Positions 29,591-42,138 of a DNA stretch of 64,000 nucleotides are shown here, piece by piece. Positions within the stretch are counted from its first letter, which is position 1. Every line of letters starts with the position of its first letter. A program made the position numbers and the translations under genes. The DNA comes from Escherichia coli. GTDB taxonomy: Bacteria; Pseudomonadota; Gammaproteobacteria; Enterobacterales; Enterobacteriaceae. The DNA lies in the NCBI RefSeq assembly GCF_044324875.1, contig NZ_CP172185.1. One strand, 5' to 3'. The notes beneath the pieces were generated by a model that made no database searches, was not told where the DNA came from, and worked only from the letters and a program-made list of their open reading frames with translations.

Positions 29591-32188
29591 ATGGGTAAAG
29601 CTCTTGTCATCGTTGAGTCCCCGGCAAAAGCCAAAACGATCAACAAGTATCTGGGTAGTGACTACGTGGTGAAATCCAGCGTCGGTCACATCCGCGATTT
29701 GCCGACCAGTGGCTCAGCTGCCAAAAAGAGTGCCGACTCTACCTCCACCAAGACGGCTAAAAAGCCTAAAAAGGATGAACGTGGCGCTCTCGTCAACCGT
29801 ATGGGGGTTGACCCGTGGCACAATTGGGAGGCGCACTATGAAGTGTTGCCTGGTAAAGAGAAGGTCGTCTCTGAACTGAAACAACTGGCTGAAAAAGCCG
29901 ACCACATCTATCTCGCAACCGACCTTGACCGCGAAGGGGAAGCCATTGCATGGCACCTGCGGGAAGTGATTGGTGGTGATGATGCGCGCTATAGCCGAGT
30001 GGTGTTTAACGAAATTACTAAAAACGCGATCCGCCAGGCATTTAACAAACCAGGTGAGCTGAATATTGATCGTGTTAATGCCCAGCAGGCGCGTCGCTTT
30101 ATGGACCGCGTGGTGGGGTATATGGTTTCGCCGCTGCTGTGGAAAAAGATCGCTCGTGGTCTGTCTGCCGGTCGTGTGCAGTCGGTGGCGGTCCGCCTGG
30201 TGGTCGAGCGTGAGCGTGAAATTAAAGCGTTCGTACCGGAAGAGTTCTGGGAAGTCGATGCCAGCACGACCACGCCATCTGGTGATGCGTTGGCGTTGCA
30301 GGTGACTCATCAGAACGACAAACCGTTCCGCCCGGTCAACAAAGAACAAACTCAGGCTGCGGTAAGTCTGCTGGAAAAAGCGCGCTACAGCGTGCTGGAA
30401 CGTGAAGACAAACCGACAACCAGTAAACCTGGCGCTCCTTTTATTACCTCTACGCTGCAACAAGCTGCCAGCACCCGTCTTGGTTTTGGCGTGAAAAAAA
30501 CCATGATGATGGCGCAGCGTTTGTATGAAGCTGGCTATATAACATACATGCGTACCGACTCCACCAACCTGAGTCAGGACGCGGTAAATATGGTTCGCGG
30601 TTATATCAGCGATAATTTTGGTAAGAAATATCTGCCGGAAAGTCCGAATCAGTACGCCAGCAAAGAAAACTCACAGGAAGCGCACGAAGCGATTCGTCCT
30701 TCTGACGTCAATGTGATGGCGGAATCGCTGAAGGATATGGAAGCAGATGCGCAGAAACTGTACCAGTTAATCTGGCGTCAGTTCGTTGCCTGCCAGATGA
30801 CCCCAGCGAAATATGACTCTACGACGCTGACCGTTGGTGCGGGCGATTTCCGCCTGAAAGCACGCGGTCGTATTTTGCGCTTTGATGGCTGGACGAAAGT
30901 GATGCCTGCGCTGCGTAAAGGCGATGAAGATCGTATCTTACCGGCAGTCGATAAAGGCGATGCTTTAACACTCGTTGAACTGACACCAGCCCAGCACTTT
31001 ACCAAGCCGCCAGCGCGTTTCAGTGAAGCATCGTTGGTTAAAGAGCTGGAAAAACGCGGCATCGGTCGTCCGTCTACCTATGCGTCGATCATTTCGACCA
31101 TTCAGGATCGTGGCTATGTGCGAGTAGAAAATCGTCGTTTCTACGCGGAAAAAATGGGTGAAATTGTCACCGATCGCCTGGAAGAAAATTTCCGTGAGTT
31201 AATGAACTACGACTTTACCGCGCAGATGGAAAACAGCCTCGACCAGGTGGCAAATCACGAAGCAGAGTGGAAAGCTGTACTGGATCACTTCTTCTCGGAT
31301 TTCACCCAGCAGTTAGATAAAGCGGAAAAAGATCCGGAAGAGGGGGGGATGCGCCCGAACCAGATGGTTCTGACCAGCATCGACTGCCCGACCTGTGGTC
31401 GCAAAATGGGTATTCGCACAGCGAGCACCGGGGTATTCCTTGGCTGTTCCGGCTACGCTCTGCCACCGAAAGAGCGTTGCAAAACCACCATCAACCTGGT
31501 GCCGGAAAACGAAGTGCTGAACGTGCTGGAAGGTGAAGACGCTGAAACCAACGCGCTGCGCGCAAAACGTCGTTGCCCGAAATGCGGCACGGCGATGGAC
31601 AGCTATCTCATCGATCCGAAACGTAAGTTGCATGTCTGTGGTAATAACCCAACCTGCGACGGTTACGAGATCGAAGAGGGCGAATTCCGCATTAAAGGTT
31701 ATGACGGCCCGATCGTTGAGTGTGAAAAATGTGGCTCTGAAATGCACCTGAAAATGGGGCGTTTCGGTAAATACATGGCCTGCACCAACGAAGAGTGTAA
31801 AAACACACGTAAGATTTTACGTAACGGCGAAGTGGCACCACCGAAAGAAGATCCGGTGCCATTACCTGAGTTGCCGTGCGAAAAATCAGATGCTTATTTC
31901 GTGCTGCGTGACGGTGCTGCCGGTGTGTTCCTGGCGGCCAATACCTTCCCGAAATCGCGTGAAACACGTGCGCCACTGGTGGAAGAGCTTTATCGCTTCC
32001 GCGACCGTCTGCCGGAAAAACTGCGTTATCTGGCCGATGCGCCACAGCAGGATCCGGAAGGTAATAAGACCATGGTTCGCTTTAGCCGTAAAACCAAACA
32101 GCAATATGTCTCTTCGGAAAAAGACGGAAAGGCGACTGGCTGGTCAGCATTTTATGTTGATGGCAAATGGGTTGAAGGAAAAAAATAA
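29591..32188 (+). CDS. topA: DNA topoisomerase I
   Basis: 865 aa from ATG with AAGGTGA SD; TOPRIM start [17 protein letters not shown]; C-terminal zinc-ribbon CxxC repeats. Confidence 0.96.
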   Translation: MGKALVIVESPAKAKTINKYLGSDYVVKSSVGHIRDLPTSGSAAKKSADSTSTKTAKKPKKDERGALVNRMGVDPWHNWEAHYEVLPGKEKVVSELKQLAEKADHIYLATDLDREGEAIAWHLREVIGGDDARYSRVVFNEITKNAIRQAFNKPGELNIDRVNAQQARRFMDRVVGYMVSPLLWKKIARGLSAGRVQSVAVRLVVEREREIKAFVPEEFWEVDASTTTPSGDALALQVTHQNDKPFRPVNKEQTQAAVSLLEKARYSVLEREDKPTTSKPGAPFITSTLQQAASTRLGFGVKKTMMMAQRLYEAGYITYMRTDSTNLSQDAVNMVRGYISDNFGKKYLPESPNQYASKENSQEAHEAIRPSDVNVMAESLKDMEADAQKLYQLIWRQFVACQMTPAKYDSTTLTVGAGDFRLKARGRILRFDGWTKVMPALRKGDEDRILPAVDKGDALTLVELTPAQHFTKPPARFSEASLVKELEKRGIGRPSTYASIISTIQDRGYVRVENRRFYAEKMGEIVTDRLEENFRELMNYDFTAQMENSLDQVANHEAEWKAVLDHFFSDFTQQLDKAEKDPEEGGMRPNQMVLTSIDCPTCGRKMGIRTASTGVFLGCSGYALPPKERCKTTINLVPENEVLNVLEGEDAETNALRAKRRCPKCGTAMDSYLIDPKRKLHVCGNNPTCDGYEIEEGEFRIKGYDGPIVECEKCGSEMHLKMGRFGKYMACTNEECKNTRKILRNGEVAPPKEDPVPLPELPCEKSDAYFVLRDGAAGVFLAANTFPKSRETRAPLVEELYRFRDRLPEKLRYLADAPQQDPEGNKTMVRFSRKTKQQYVSSEKDGKATGWSAFYVDGKWVEGKK

Positions 32189-32374
32189 CCTTTAATTCTG
32201 TCAGGTTTTTATAAACAAAGGGTCGCGAAAGCGGCCCTTTTTTATTGCATATTATTTTTTCTTCACACCTATACACTAAGGCTATAAATGATATAGTGGT
32301 TATAGTTAGCACCTTTTTTATTATTAAATCGTATTAGTCACGCCGCCTGGTGTGACGAAAAAACGATGTTCTGA

Positions 32375-33373
<999 letters not shown>

Positions 33374-33389
33374 TTTCTTGCGTTATTTT

Positions 33390-33417
33390 CGGCACCTTTT
33401 ATGTAGCGAAGGTGCCG
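33390..33417 (+). terminator. hairpin downstream of cysB
   Basis: CGGCACCTT-ttatgtagcg-AAGGTGCCG 9-bp stem; weak T tract. Confidence 0.45.
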
Positions 33418-33691
33418 GAATATATTCTCTTTTGTTGCTTATTTGTATACCGTGCACAATATTTTTATCCCTCATATTTATAGGGTAAATTACCTGTAAA
33501 GTAGTGTCTAATTACCCGCCTCGCAAACTCCAGTTTTCAAATATCTATTTCAGGTCAAAAGATTGAATTATTCACTGGAGACGATTCGTAAATTCGCTGG
33601 ATTTTTGACTAAAGTTTCTTTAGGATTTGTCTCATCGTATGATTAATTACACCAATCGTTCAACGTCTTGCTGATAAGTGATGCCGATTAT

Positions 33692-33832
33692 ATGAGGTTA
33701 GCAATGCCTTCTGGAAATCAGGAACCCCGCCGGGACCCTGAATTAAAACGCAAAGCCTGGCTGGCGGTATTTCTTGGTTCTGCTCTTTTCTGGGTGGTTG
33801 TCGCACTGCTGATTTGGAAAGTGTGGGGATAA
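33692..33832 (+). CDS. ymiA: small membrane protein YmiA (46 aa)
   Basis: MRLAMPSGNQEPRRDPELKRKAWLAVFLGSALFWVVVALLIWKVWG read from sequence; single TM helix; matches remembered YmiA. Confidence 0.7.
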   Translation: MRLAMPSGNQEPRRDPELKRKAWLAVFLGSALFWVVVALLIWKVWG

Positions 33833-33834
33833 CT

Positions 33835-34002
33835 ATGGTCGGTCAGGAGCAACTGGAGTCGTCACCATTATGTCAGCAAAGTGATGATGAACCAGAAACG
33901 AAACGGGAATGTTCCGTCGTTATTCCAGACGACTGGCAACTAACATCGCAGCAGCAAGCCTTTATAGAACTGTTTGCTGAAGATGATCAGCCGAAACAAT
34001 AA
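33835..34002 (+). CDS. yciX: small acidic protein YciX (55 aa)
   Basis: ATG 2 nt after ymiA stop (GGATAACTATG); translation MVGQEQLESSPLCQQSDDEPE... Confidence 0.7.
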   Translation: MVGQEQLESSPLCQQSDDEPETKRECSVVIPDDWQLTSQQQAFIELFAEDDQPKQ

Positions 34003-34115
34003 TTATCATCATTCTTATTACCCATTTTTAATGAATTAAAGGGCTTTTAATACACCGCAGCAATAACAGGTTGAGTTATCTCAACACAAAGTAATAACCG
34101 TTAAAGGTGTAGCCT

Positions 34116-34211
34116 ATGATCAACACAAATATGAAATATTGGTCCTGGATGGGCGCATTTTCTCTGTCGATGCTCTTCTGGGCCGAACTCCTCTGGATCA
34201 TTACTCACTGA
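34116..34211 (+). CDS. candidate 31-aa hydrophobic small protein (possibly the K-12 small protein in the yciX-acnA gap)
   Basis: SD AAAGGTG 6 nt before ATG; MINTNMKYWSWMGAFSLSMLFWAELLWIITH; intrinsic terminator 8 nt after stop. Confidence 0.45.
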   Translation: MINTNMKYWSWMGAFSLSMLFWAELLWIITH

Positions 34212-34218
34212 TCCCTGA

Positions 34219-34239
34219 CCCCGCTGCGGCGGGGTTTTC
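34219..34239 (+). terminator. intrinsic terminator after small ORF
   Basis: CCCCGC-tgcg-GCGGGG followed by TTTTC. Confidence 0.7.
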
Positions 34240-34374
34240 ATTTGCTTTGCCACAAGGTTTCTCCTCTTTTATCAATTTGGGTTGTTATCAAATCGTTACG
34301 CGATGTTTGTGTTATCTTTAATATTCACCCTGAAGAGAATCAGGGCTTCGCAACCCTGTCATTAAGGAGGAGCT

Positions 34375-37050
34375 ATGTCGTCAACCCTACGAGAAGCCAG
34401 TAAGGACACGTTGCAGGCCAAAGATAAAACTTACCACTACTACAGCCTGCCGCTTGCTGCCAAATCACTGGGCGATATCACCCGTTTGCCTAAGTCACTC
34501 AAAGTTTTGCTCGAAAACCTGCTGCGCTGGCAGGATGGTAACTCGGTTACCGAAGAGGATATCTACGCGCTGGCGGGATGGCTGAAAAATGCCCATGCTG
34601 ACCGTGAAATTGCCTACCGCCCGGCAAGGGTGCTGATGCAGGACTTTACCGGCGTACCTGCCGTTGTTGATCTCGCTGCAATGCGCGAAGCGGTTAAACG
34701 CCTCGGCGGCGATACTGCAAAGGTTAACCCGCTCTCACCGGTCGACCTGGTCATTGACCACTCGGTGACCGTCGATCGTTTTGGTGATGATGAGGCATTT
34801 GAAGAAAACGTACGCCTGGAAATGGAGCGCAACCACGAACGTTATGTGTTCCTGAAATGGGGAAAGCAAGCGTTCAGTCGGTTTAGCGTCGTGCCGCCAG
34901 GCACAGGCATTTGCCATCAGGTTAACCTCGAATATCTCGGCAAAGCAGTGTGGAGCGAATTGCAGGACGGTGAATGGATTGCTTATCCGGATACACTCGT
35001 TGGTACTGACTCGCACACCACCATGATCAACGGCCTTGGCGTGCTGGGGTGGGGCGTTGGTGGGATCGAAGCCGAAGCCGCAATGTTAGGACAGCCGGTT
35101 TCCATGCTTATCCCGGACGTAGTGGGCTTTAAACTCACCGGAAAATTACGTGAAGGTATTACCGCCACAGACCTGGTTCTCACCGTTACCCAAATGCTGC
35201 GCAAACATGGCGTGGTGGGGAAATTCGTCGAATTTTATGGTGATGGGCTGGATTCACTACCGTTGGCGGATCGCGCCACCATTGCCAATATGTCGCCAGA
35301 ATATGGTGCCACCTGTGGCTTCTTCCCAATCGATGCTGTCACCCTCGATTACATGCGTTTAAGCGGGCGCAGCGAAGATCAGGTCGAGTTGGTCGAAAAA
35401 TATGCCAAAGCGCAGGGCATGTGGCGTAACCCGGGCGATGAACCGATTTTTACCAGTACGTTAGAACTGGATATGAATGACGTTGAAGCGAGCCTGGCAG
35501 GGCCAAAACGCCCACAGGATCGCGTTGCACTGCCCGATGTACCAAAAGCATTTGCCGCCAGTAACGAACTGGAAGTAAATGCCACGCATAAAGATCGCCA
35601 GCCGGTCGATTATGTTATGAACGGACATCAGTATCGGTTACCTGATGGCGCGGTGGTCATTGCTGCGATAACGTCGTGCACCAACACCTCTAACCCAAGT
35701 GTGCTGATGGCCGCAGGTTTGCTGGCGAAAAAAGCTGTAACTCTGGGCCTCAAGCGGCAACCGTGGGTCAAAGCGTCGCTGGCACCGGGTTCGAAAGTCG
35801 TTTCTGATTATCTGGCAAAAGCGAAATTGACACCGTATCTCGACGAACTGGGGTTTAACCTTGTGGGATATGGTTGTACCACCTGTATTGGTAACTCTGG
35901 GCCGCTGCCCGATCCTATCGAAACGGCAATCAAAAAAGGCGATTTAACCGTCGGTGCAGTGCTGTCCGGCAACCGTAACTTTGAAGGCCGTATCCATCCG
36001 CTGGTTAAAACCAACTGGCTGGCCTCGCCGCCGCTGGTGGTTGCCTATGCGCTGGCGGGAAATATGAATATCAACCTCGCATCTGAGCCTATCGGCCATG
36101 ATCGCAAAGGCGATCCGGTATATATGAAAGATATCTGGCCATCGGCACAAGAAATTGCCCGTGCGGTAGAACAAGTCTCCACAGAAATGTTCCGTAAAGA
36201 GTACGCAGAAGTTTTTGAAGGCACAGCAGAGTGGAAGGAAATTAACGTCGCACGATCCGATACCTACGGTTGGCAGGAGGATTCAACCTATATTCGCTTA
36301 TCGCCTTTCTTTGATGAAATGCAGGCAACACCAGCACCTGTGGAAGATATTCACTGTGCGCGGATCCTCGCAATGCTTGGGGATTCAGTCACCACTGACC
36401 ATATCTCTCCGGCGGGCAGTATTAAGCCCGACAGCCCAGCGGGTCGATATCTACAAGGCCGGGGTGTTGAGCGAAAAGACTTTAACTCCTACGGTTCGCG
36501 GCGTGGTAACCATGAAGTGATGATGCGCGGCACCTTCGCCAATATTCGCATCCGTAATGAAATGGTGCCTGGCGTTGAAGGGGGGATGACGCGGCATTTA
36601 CCTGACAGCGACGTAGTCTCTATTTATGATGCCGCGATGCGCTATAAGCAGGAGCAAACGCCGCTGGCGGTGATTGCCGGGAAAGAGTATGGATCAGGCT
36701 CCAGCCGTGACTGGGCGGCAAAAGGTCCGCGTCTACTTGGTATTCGTGTTGTGATTGCCGAATCGTTTGAACGAATTCACCGCTCGAATTTAATTGGCAT
36801 GGGCATCCTGCCGCTAGAATTTCCGCAAGGCGTGACGCGTAAAACGTTAGGGCTAATCGGGGAAGAGAAGATTGATATTGTCGATCTGCAAAGTCTACAA
36901 CCCGGCGCGACGGTTCCGGTGACGTTTACGCGCGCGGATGGTAGCCAGGAAGTCGTACCCTGCCGTTGTCGTATCGACACCGCGACGGAGTTGACCTACT
37001 ACCAGAACGACGGCATTTTGCATTATGTCATTCGTAATATGTTGAAGTAA
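34375..37050 (+). CDS. acnA: aconitate hydratase A
   Basis: 891 aa; Fe-S cluster cysteines in aconitase family context. Confidence 0.97.
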   Translation: MSSTLREASKDTLQAKDKTYHYYSLPLAAKSLGDITRLPKSLKVLLENLLRWQDGNSVTEEDIYALAGWLKNAHADREIAYRPARVLMQDFTGVPAVVDLAAMREAVKRLGGDTAKVNPLSPVDLVIDHSVTVDRFGDDEAFEENVRLEMERNHERYVFLKWGKQAFSRFSVVPPGTGICHQVNLEYLGKAVWSELQDGEWIAYPDTLVGTDSHTTMINGLGVLGWGVGGIEAEAAMLGQPVSMLIPDVVGFKLTGKLREGITATDLVLTVTQMLRKHGVVGKFVEFYGDGLDSLPLADRATIANMSPEYGATCGFFPIDAVTLDYMRLSGRSEDQVELVEKYAKAQGMWRNPGDEPIFTSTLELDMNDVEASLAGPKRPQDRVALPDVPKAFAASNELEVNATHKDRQPVDYVMNGHQYRLPDGAVVIAAITSCTNTSNPSVLMAAGLLAKKAVTLGLKRQPWVKASLAPGSKVVSDYLAKAKLTPYLDELGFNLVGYGCTTCIGNSGPLPDPIETAIKKGDLTVGAVLSGNRNFEGRIHPLVKTNWLASPPLVVAYALAGNMNINLASEPIGHDRKGDPVYMKDIWPSAQEIARAVEQVSTEMFRKEYAEVFEGTAEWKEINVARSDTYGWQEDSTYIRLSPFFDEMQATPAPVEDIHCARILAMLGDSVTTDHISPAGSIKPDSPAGRYLQGRGVERKDFNSYGSRRGNHEVMMRGTFANIRIRNEMVPGVEGGMTRHLPDSDVVSIYDAAMRYKQEQTPLAVIAGKEYGSGSSRDWAAKGPRLLGIRVVIAESFERIHRSNLIGMGILPLEFPQGVTRKTLGLIGEEKIDIVDLQSLQPGATVPVTFTRADGSQEVVPCRCRIDTATELTYYQNDGILHYVIRNMLK

Positions 37051-37055
37051 CGAGT

Positions 37056-37092
37056 ATTTGCTTGCCGGTTATTTTGCTTCCGGCAAGCAAAT
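37056..37092. terminator. acnA/ribA bidirectional terminator hairpin
   Basis: ATTTGCTTGCCGG-ttattttgcttc-CGGCAAGCAAAT long perfect stem between convergent genes. Confidence 0.8.
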
Positions 37093-37113
37093 GAATTACA
37101 CAATGCAAGAGGG

Positions 37114-37704
37114 TTATTTGTTCAGCAAATGACCCATTTTCTCGGCTTTGGTATCGAGATAATGTTCGTTATTGGGGTTACGACCTACAATCAACGGTAC
37201 GCGTTCAACAATATTAATCCCTGCTTCGGTCAGAATTTCGACTTTTTTTGGGTTGTTGGTTAACAAGCGGACTTCATTGACGCCAAGGAGTTTGAACATA
37301 TCAGCGCAAAGAGTGAAGTCGCGCTCATCAGCGGCGAAGCCTAACTGGTGGTTAGCCTCTACAGTATCGTAACCTTGATCCTGCAGTGCATAAGCGCGGA
37401 TTTTATTCAGCAGACCAATGTTACGACCTTCCTGACGGTGATACAGCAAAATACCACGGCCTTCTTCGGCAATTTGCGTCAGTGCCGCTTCGAGCTGGAA
37501 GCCACAATCGCAGCGCAAGCTGAACAGGGCGTCACCGGTCAGACATTCGGAATGGACGCGCGCAAGTACCGGGGTATGCCCGGAAATATCGCCATAGACT
37601 AGCGCGACATGATCGTGTCCGGTTGCCAGTTCTTCAAATCCCACCATCAGGAAATCGCCCCATGGGGTTGGCAGTTTGGCTTCTGCCACACGTTTAAGCT
37701 GCAT
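37114..37704 (-). CDS. ribA: GTP cyclohydrolase II
   Basis: 196 aa from [16 protein letters not shown]; zinc-site CxxC ([14 protein letters not shown]). Confidence 0.95.
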
Positions 37705-37873
37705 GAAATTCTCCAGATAATGCTGGTTCTGTATTGGCTTATTTTGCCATAACGAGAAGGGGTTCACCTAATCACGACGCGTCGATCGTTCACGGAATGG
37801 CACAAATCTGTCAATTTTTCCTGGAACTGGCATTTTCAGTTATGATTGTGGGACTTATCAAAAAGGAGAGGCC

Positions 37874-38638
37874 ATGCGTTCGATTGCCAGACGTACCGCA
37901 GTGGGAGCTGCACTATTGCTTGTTATGCCAGTAGCCGTATGGATTTCTGGCTGGCGTTGGCAACCTGGAGAACAAAGTTGGCTACTAAAAGCGGCTTTTT
38001 GGGTTACTGAAACTGTCACCCAGCCCTGGGGCGTCATTACACATTTGATTTTATTCGGTTGGTTTCTCTGGTGTCTGCGTTTTCGCATTAAGGCTGCCAT
38101 TATGTTATTTGCCATTCTGGCGGCGGCAATTCTTGTGGGACAAGGCGTTAAATCCTGGATCAAAGGCAAAGTCCAGGAACCACGACCTTTTGTTATCTGG
38201 CTGGAAAAAACACATCATATTCCGGTTGATGAGTTCTACACTTTAAAGCGAGCAGAACGCGGAAATCTAGTGAAAGAACAGTTGGCTGAAGAGAAAAATA
38301 TCCCACAATATTTGCGTTCACACTGGCAGAAAGAGACGGGGTTTGCCTTTCCTTCCGGTCACACGATGTTTGCTGCCAGTTGGGCGCTGCTGGCCGTTGG
38401 TTTGCTGTGGCCGCGTCGGCGAACGTTAACCATTGCTATCTTGTTGGTCTGGGCAACGGGAGTCATGGGAAGCCGCCTGCTGCTCGGGATGCATTGGCCA
38501 CGCGATCTGGTGGTAGCTACGTTGATTTCGTGGGCGCTGGTGGCGGTGGCAACGTGGCTTGCGCAACAAATTTGTGGGCCATTAACACCACCTGCGGAAG
38601 AAAATCGCGACATTGCACAACGAGAACAAGAAAGTTAA
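37874..38638 (+). CDS. pgpB: phosphatidylglycerophosphatase B
   Basis: 254 aa; PAP2 motifs (KxxxxxxRP; PSGH; SRLLLGMHWPRD). Confidence 0.95.
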   Translation: MRSIARRTAVGAALLLVMPVAVWISGWRWQPGEQSWLLKAAFWVTETVTQPWGVITHLILFGWFLWCLRFRIKAAIMLFAILAAAILVGQGVKSWIKGKVQEPRPFVIWLEKTHHIPVDEFYTLKRAERGNLVKEQLAEEKNIPQYLRSHWQKETGFAFPSGHTMFAASWALLAVGLLWPRRRTLTIAILLVWATGVMGSRLLLGMHWPRDLVVATLISWALVAVATWLAQQICGPLTPPAEENRDIAQREQES

Positions 38639-38786
38639 CGCTGGTTGATTTTCCGAATTTAGCCCTTAAATCATCAACAATGCGCGTGGATGCCATTTCG
38701 CAGACGGCGCGAAAATGGTACTTTAAAGGGCTATTGCGGTAAGTTGACCATAATTTATTCGCTCTAACCACATAACGGGAAGTAAT

Positions 38787-39095
38787 GTGAAATATTTACT
38801 CATTTTCTTACTGGTGTTAGCGATCTTCGTGATTTCGGTCACGTTAGGTGCGCAGAACGATCAACAGGTGACGTTTAATTATCTGTTAGCGCAAGGGGAG
38901 TACCGTATTTCCACATTGCTGGCGGTATTGTTTGCTGCGGGGTTTGCTATCGGTTGGCTGATTTGCGGTCTGTTCTGGCTGCGAGTTCGTGTTTCCCTGG
39001 CGCGCGCTGAACGTAAAATAAAGCGACTGGAAAACCAGCTTTCACCCGCGACTGACGTGGCTGTAGCGCCGCATTCGTCAGCGGCGAAGGAATAA
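38787..39095 (+). CDS. lapA: LPS assembly protein LapA (YciS)
   Basis: 102 aa from GTG start; two TM helices; immediately upstream of lapB. Confidence 0.9.
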   Translation: MKYLLIFLLVLAIFVISVTLGAQNDQQVTFNYLLAQGEYRISTLLAVLFAAGFAIGWLICGLFWLRVRVSLARAERKIKRLENQLSPATDVAVAPHSSAAKE

Positions 39096-39101
39096 CTTTC
39101 T

Positions 39102-40271
39102 ATGCTGGAGTTGTTGTTTCTGCTTTTGCCTGTAGCCGCTGCCTATGGCTGGTATATGGGCCGCAGAAGTGCGCAACAAAACAAGCAAGATGAAGCCAAC
39201 CGCTTGTCGCGTGATTACGTAGCGGGGGTTAACTTCCTGCTTAGTAATCAACAGGATAAAGCGGTAGACCTGTTTCTCGATATGCTTAAAGAGGATACGG
39301 GTACCGTTGAAGCCCACCTTACGCTCGGAAACCTGTTCCGTTCGCGTGGCGAAGTTGATCGCGCTATTCGCATCCATCAGACCCTAATGGAAAGCGCCTC
39401 GCTGACCTATGAACAGCGTCTGTTGGCGATTCAACAATTGGGGCGTGATTACATGGCCGCCGGGTTATACGACCGCGCGGAAGACATGTTCAATCAGCTG
39501 ACCGATGAAACTGACTTCCGCATTGGCGCGCTGCAACAGTTGCTACAAATCTACCAGGCTACCAGCGAGTGGCAGAAAGCAATTGATGTTGCCGAACGCC
39601 TGGTGAAGCTGGGTAAAGATAAACAGCGCGTCGAAATTGCCCATTTCTACTGTGAGTTAGCCCTGCAGCATATGGCCAGCGACGATCTCGATCGTGCCAT
39701 GACCTTGCTAAAAAAAGGGGCTGCGGCAGATAAAAACAGCGCCCGCGTATCCATCATGATGGGACGCGTGTTTATGGCGAAAGGAGAATACGCCAAAGCC
39801 GTCGAAAGTCTGCAACGCGTGATATCCCAGGACAGAGAACTGGTCAGCGAAACGCTGGAAATGTTGCAAACCTGCTATCAGCAGTTGGGTAAAACTGCCG
39901 AATGGGCAGAATTCCTGCAGCGCGCGGTGGAAGAGAACACCGGTGCCGATGCTGAACTAATGCTTGCGGACATCATCGAAGCACGCGACGGTAGTGAGGC
40001 CGCACAGGTCTATATTACGCGTCAGCTTCAGCGTCATCCGACCATGCGTGTGTTCCATAAGCTAATGGATTACCACTTAAATGAAGCGGAAGAAGGGCGT
40101 GCCAAAGAGAGTCTGATGGTGCTGCGTGACATGGTTGGCGAGAAGGTGCGTAGTAAGCCTCGTTATCGCTGCCAGAAATGTGGTTTTACCGCATACACCC
40201 TCTACTGGCATTGTCCGTCTTGTCGGGCCTGGTCAACCATTAAACCGATTCGCGGTCTTGATGGCCTGTAA
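39102..40271 (+). CDS. lapB: LPS assembly protein LapB (YciM), TPR + rubredoxin-like
   Basis: 389 aa; N-terminal TM, TPR repeats, C-terminal CQKCGF...HCPSC metal site. Confidence 0.95.
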   Translation: MLELLFLLLPVAAAYGWYMGRRSAQQNKQDEANRLSRDYVAGVNFLLSNQQDKAVDLFLDMLKEDTGTVEAHLTLGNLFRSRGEVDRAIRIHQTLMESASLTYEQRLLAIQQLGRDYMAAGLYDRAEDMFNQLTDETDFRIGALQQLLQIYQATSEWQKAIDVAERLVKLGKDKQRVEIAHFYCELALQHMASDDLDRAMTLLKKGAAADKNSARVSIMMGRVFMAKGEYAKAVESLQRVISQDRELVSETLEMLQTCYQQLGKTAEWAEFLQRAVEENTGADAELMLADIIEARDGSEAAQVYITRQLQRHPTMRVFHKLMDYHLNEAEEGRAKESLMVLRDMVGEKVRSKPRYRCQKCGFTAYTLYWHCPSCRAWSTIKPIRGLDGL

Positions 40272-40462
40272 TTTTTAAAAAAATCCGACTTTAGTTACAA
40301 CATACTAATTGTTGATGTTCCATTATGCTCCGGTAACTCAGGCGCAGAAAAGCCTGCCAGGGGAGAAATCGCAACTGTTAATTTTTTATTTCCACGGGTA
40401 GAATGCTCGCCGTTTACCTGTTTCGCGCCACTTCCGGTGCCCATCATCAAGAAGGTCTGGTC

Positions 40463-41200
40463 ATGACGTTAACTGCTTCATCTTCTTCCCGCGCTGTTAC
40501 GAATTCTCCTGTGGTTGTTGCCCTTGATTATCATAATCGTGATGCCGCGCTGGCCTTTGTCGACAAGATCGACCCACGCGATTGTCGTCTGAAAGTCGGC
40601 AAAGAGATGTTTACGCTGTTTGGACCTCAATTTGTACGCGAACTTCAACAGCGTGGTTTTGATATCTTCCTCGACCTGAAATTTCACGATATTCCCAACA
40701 CTGCAGCGCACGCTGTCGCTGCTGCAGCTGACTTAGGCGTGTGGATGGTGAATGTTCACGCCTCCGGTGGGGCGCGTATGATGACCGCAGCGCGTGAGGC
40801 ACTGGTTCCGTTTGGCAAAGATGCACCGCTTTTGATTGCTGTGACAGTGTTGACCAGCATGGAAGCCAGCGACCTGGCCGATCTTGGCGTGACACTGTCA
40901 CCTGCAGATTATGCAGAACGTCTGGCGGCACTGACGCAAAAATGTGGCCTTGATGGTGTGGTGTGTTCTGCTCAGGAAGCTGTGCGCTTTAAACAGGTAT
41001 TCGGTCAGGAGTTCAAACTGGTTACACCGGGCATTCGTCCGCAGGGGAGTGAAGCAGGTGACCAGCGCCGCATTATGACGCCAGAACAGGCGTTGGCGGC
41101 TGGTGTTGATTATATGGTGATTGGTCGCCCGGTAACGCAATCGGTAGATCCAGCGCAGACGCTGAAAGCGATCAACGCCTCTTTACAGCGGAGTGCATGA
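40463..41200 (+). CDS. pyrF: orotidine-5'-phosphate decarboxylase
   Basis: 245 aa from [12 protein letters not shown]; DxKxxD active-site motif ([12 protein letters not shown]). Confidence 0.95.
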   Translation: MTLTASSSSRAVTNSPVVVALDYHNRDAALAFVDKIDPRDCRLKVGKEMFTLFGPQFVRELQQRGFDIFLDLKFHDIPNTAAHAVAAAADLGVWMVNVHASGGARMMTAAREALVPFGKDAPLLIAVTVLTSMEASDLADLGVTLSPADYAERLAALTQKCGLDGVVCSAQEAVRFKQVFGQEFKLVTPGIRPQGSEAGDQRRIMTPEQALAAGVDYMVIGRPVTQSVDPAQTLKAINASLQRSA

Positions 41201-41526
41201 TGAGTGATTCCAACAGCCGTCTGGTCTACTCAACAGAAACCGGGCGTATTGATGAGCCCAAAGCGGCCCCAGTACGCCCTAAAGGCGATGGTGTGGTGCG
41301 TATTCAGCGTCAGACCAGTGGACGTAAAGGTAAGGGCGTTTGCTTGATTACCGGTGTCGATCTCGATGATGCCGAACTGACAAAACTGGCAGCGGAACTG
41401 AAGAAAAAATGCGGCTGCGGCGGGGCAGTTAAAGATGGAATTATTGAAATCCAGGGCGATAAGCGTGATTTATTAAAATCACTGCTTGAAGCGAAAGGGA
41501 TGAAGGTAAAACTCGCAGGCGGTTAA
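41200..41526 (+). CDS. yciH: SUI1/eIF1-like translation factor YciH
   Basis: 108 aa; ATG overlaps pyrF stop (ATGATGA). Confidence 0.9.
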   Translation: MSDSNSRLVYSTETGRIDEPKAAPVRPKGDGVVRIQRQTSGRKGKGVCLITGVDLDDAELTKLAAELKKKCGCGGAVKDGIIEIQGDKRDLLKSLLEAKGMKVKLAGG

Positions 41527-41651
41527 CATAAAAAGCCACGGATATATCCGTGGCTTTCGAATATTTTACTGTGTGTATTATTCAGTTATTTCGTACTGAA
41601 CAAAATCAAGCGTATTATAATTGCGAGTCGATAATCGACATTTATTTACGA

Positions 41652-41870
41652 TTATTTACCGACCTGGTGACCAATAACACCACCGACGGCTGCACCACCT
41701 AATGTACCCAGCGTACTGCCATCGGTCAGTACTGCACCGCCTAATGCCCCTGCACCCGCGCCGATTGCGGTGTTGCGATCCCGTTTAGACCAGTTAGAAC
41801 AGGCACTCAGAGACATTGCCAGGGTAATTGCCAGAACAGCCGCGGTCATTTTTTTGCTCGTTACAAACAT
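41652..41870 (-). CDS. osmB: osmotically inducible lipoprotein OsmB
   Basis: 72 aa; lipobox LSAC; Gly/Ala-rich mature part. Confidence 0.93.
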   Translation of the reverse strand: MFVTSKKMTAAVLAITLAMSLSACSNWSKRDRNTAIGAGAGALGGAVLTDGSTLGTLGGAAVGGVIGHQVGK

Positions 41871-42138
41871 AATACTCTCTCCTGAATTTATGATTCACGG
41901 AAGTAAGCTCTCTATAACTATAATAGCTAAGAATAAGCCTGGTGAAATTATTCCGTGAAATCCGCTCGCGCGCAGGGTTATATCACGCAGGTGATAATGA
42001 CTTCCTGTTATATCGCTGATAATAATTTTATATCTTGAGAGTGTTAATAACAGGTAAATAGTCTTAATTATCAACCAGGAATCATCTTAGAGCGGATGAT
42101 TTGCCAAAGTGCAAATCATCCATAGAGGAGGGAAATGG

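Noticed and set aside
34139-34321. 60-aa ORF in the yciX-acnA gap
   Set aside because: No SD, and it reads through an intrinsic terminator hairpin; the 31-aa ORF in a different frame with SD and terminator is more plausible.
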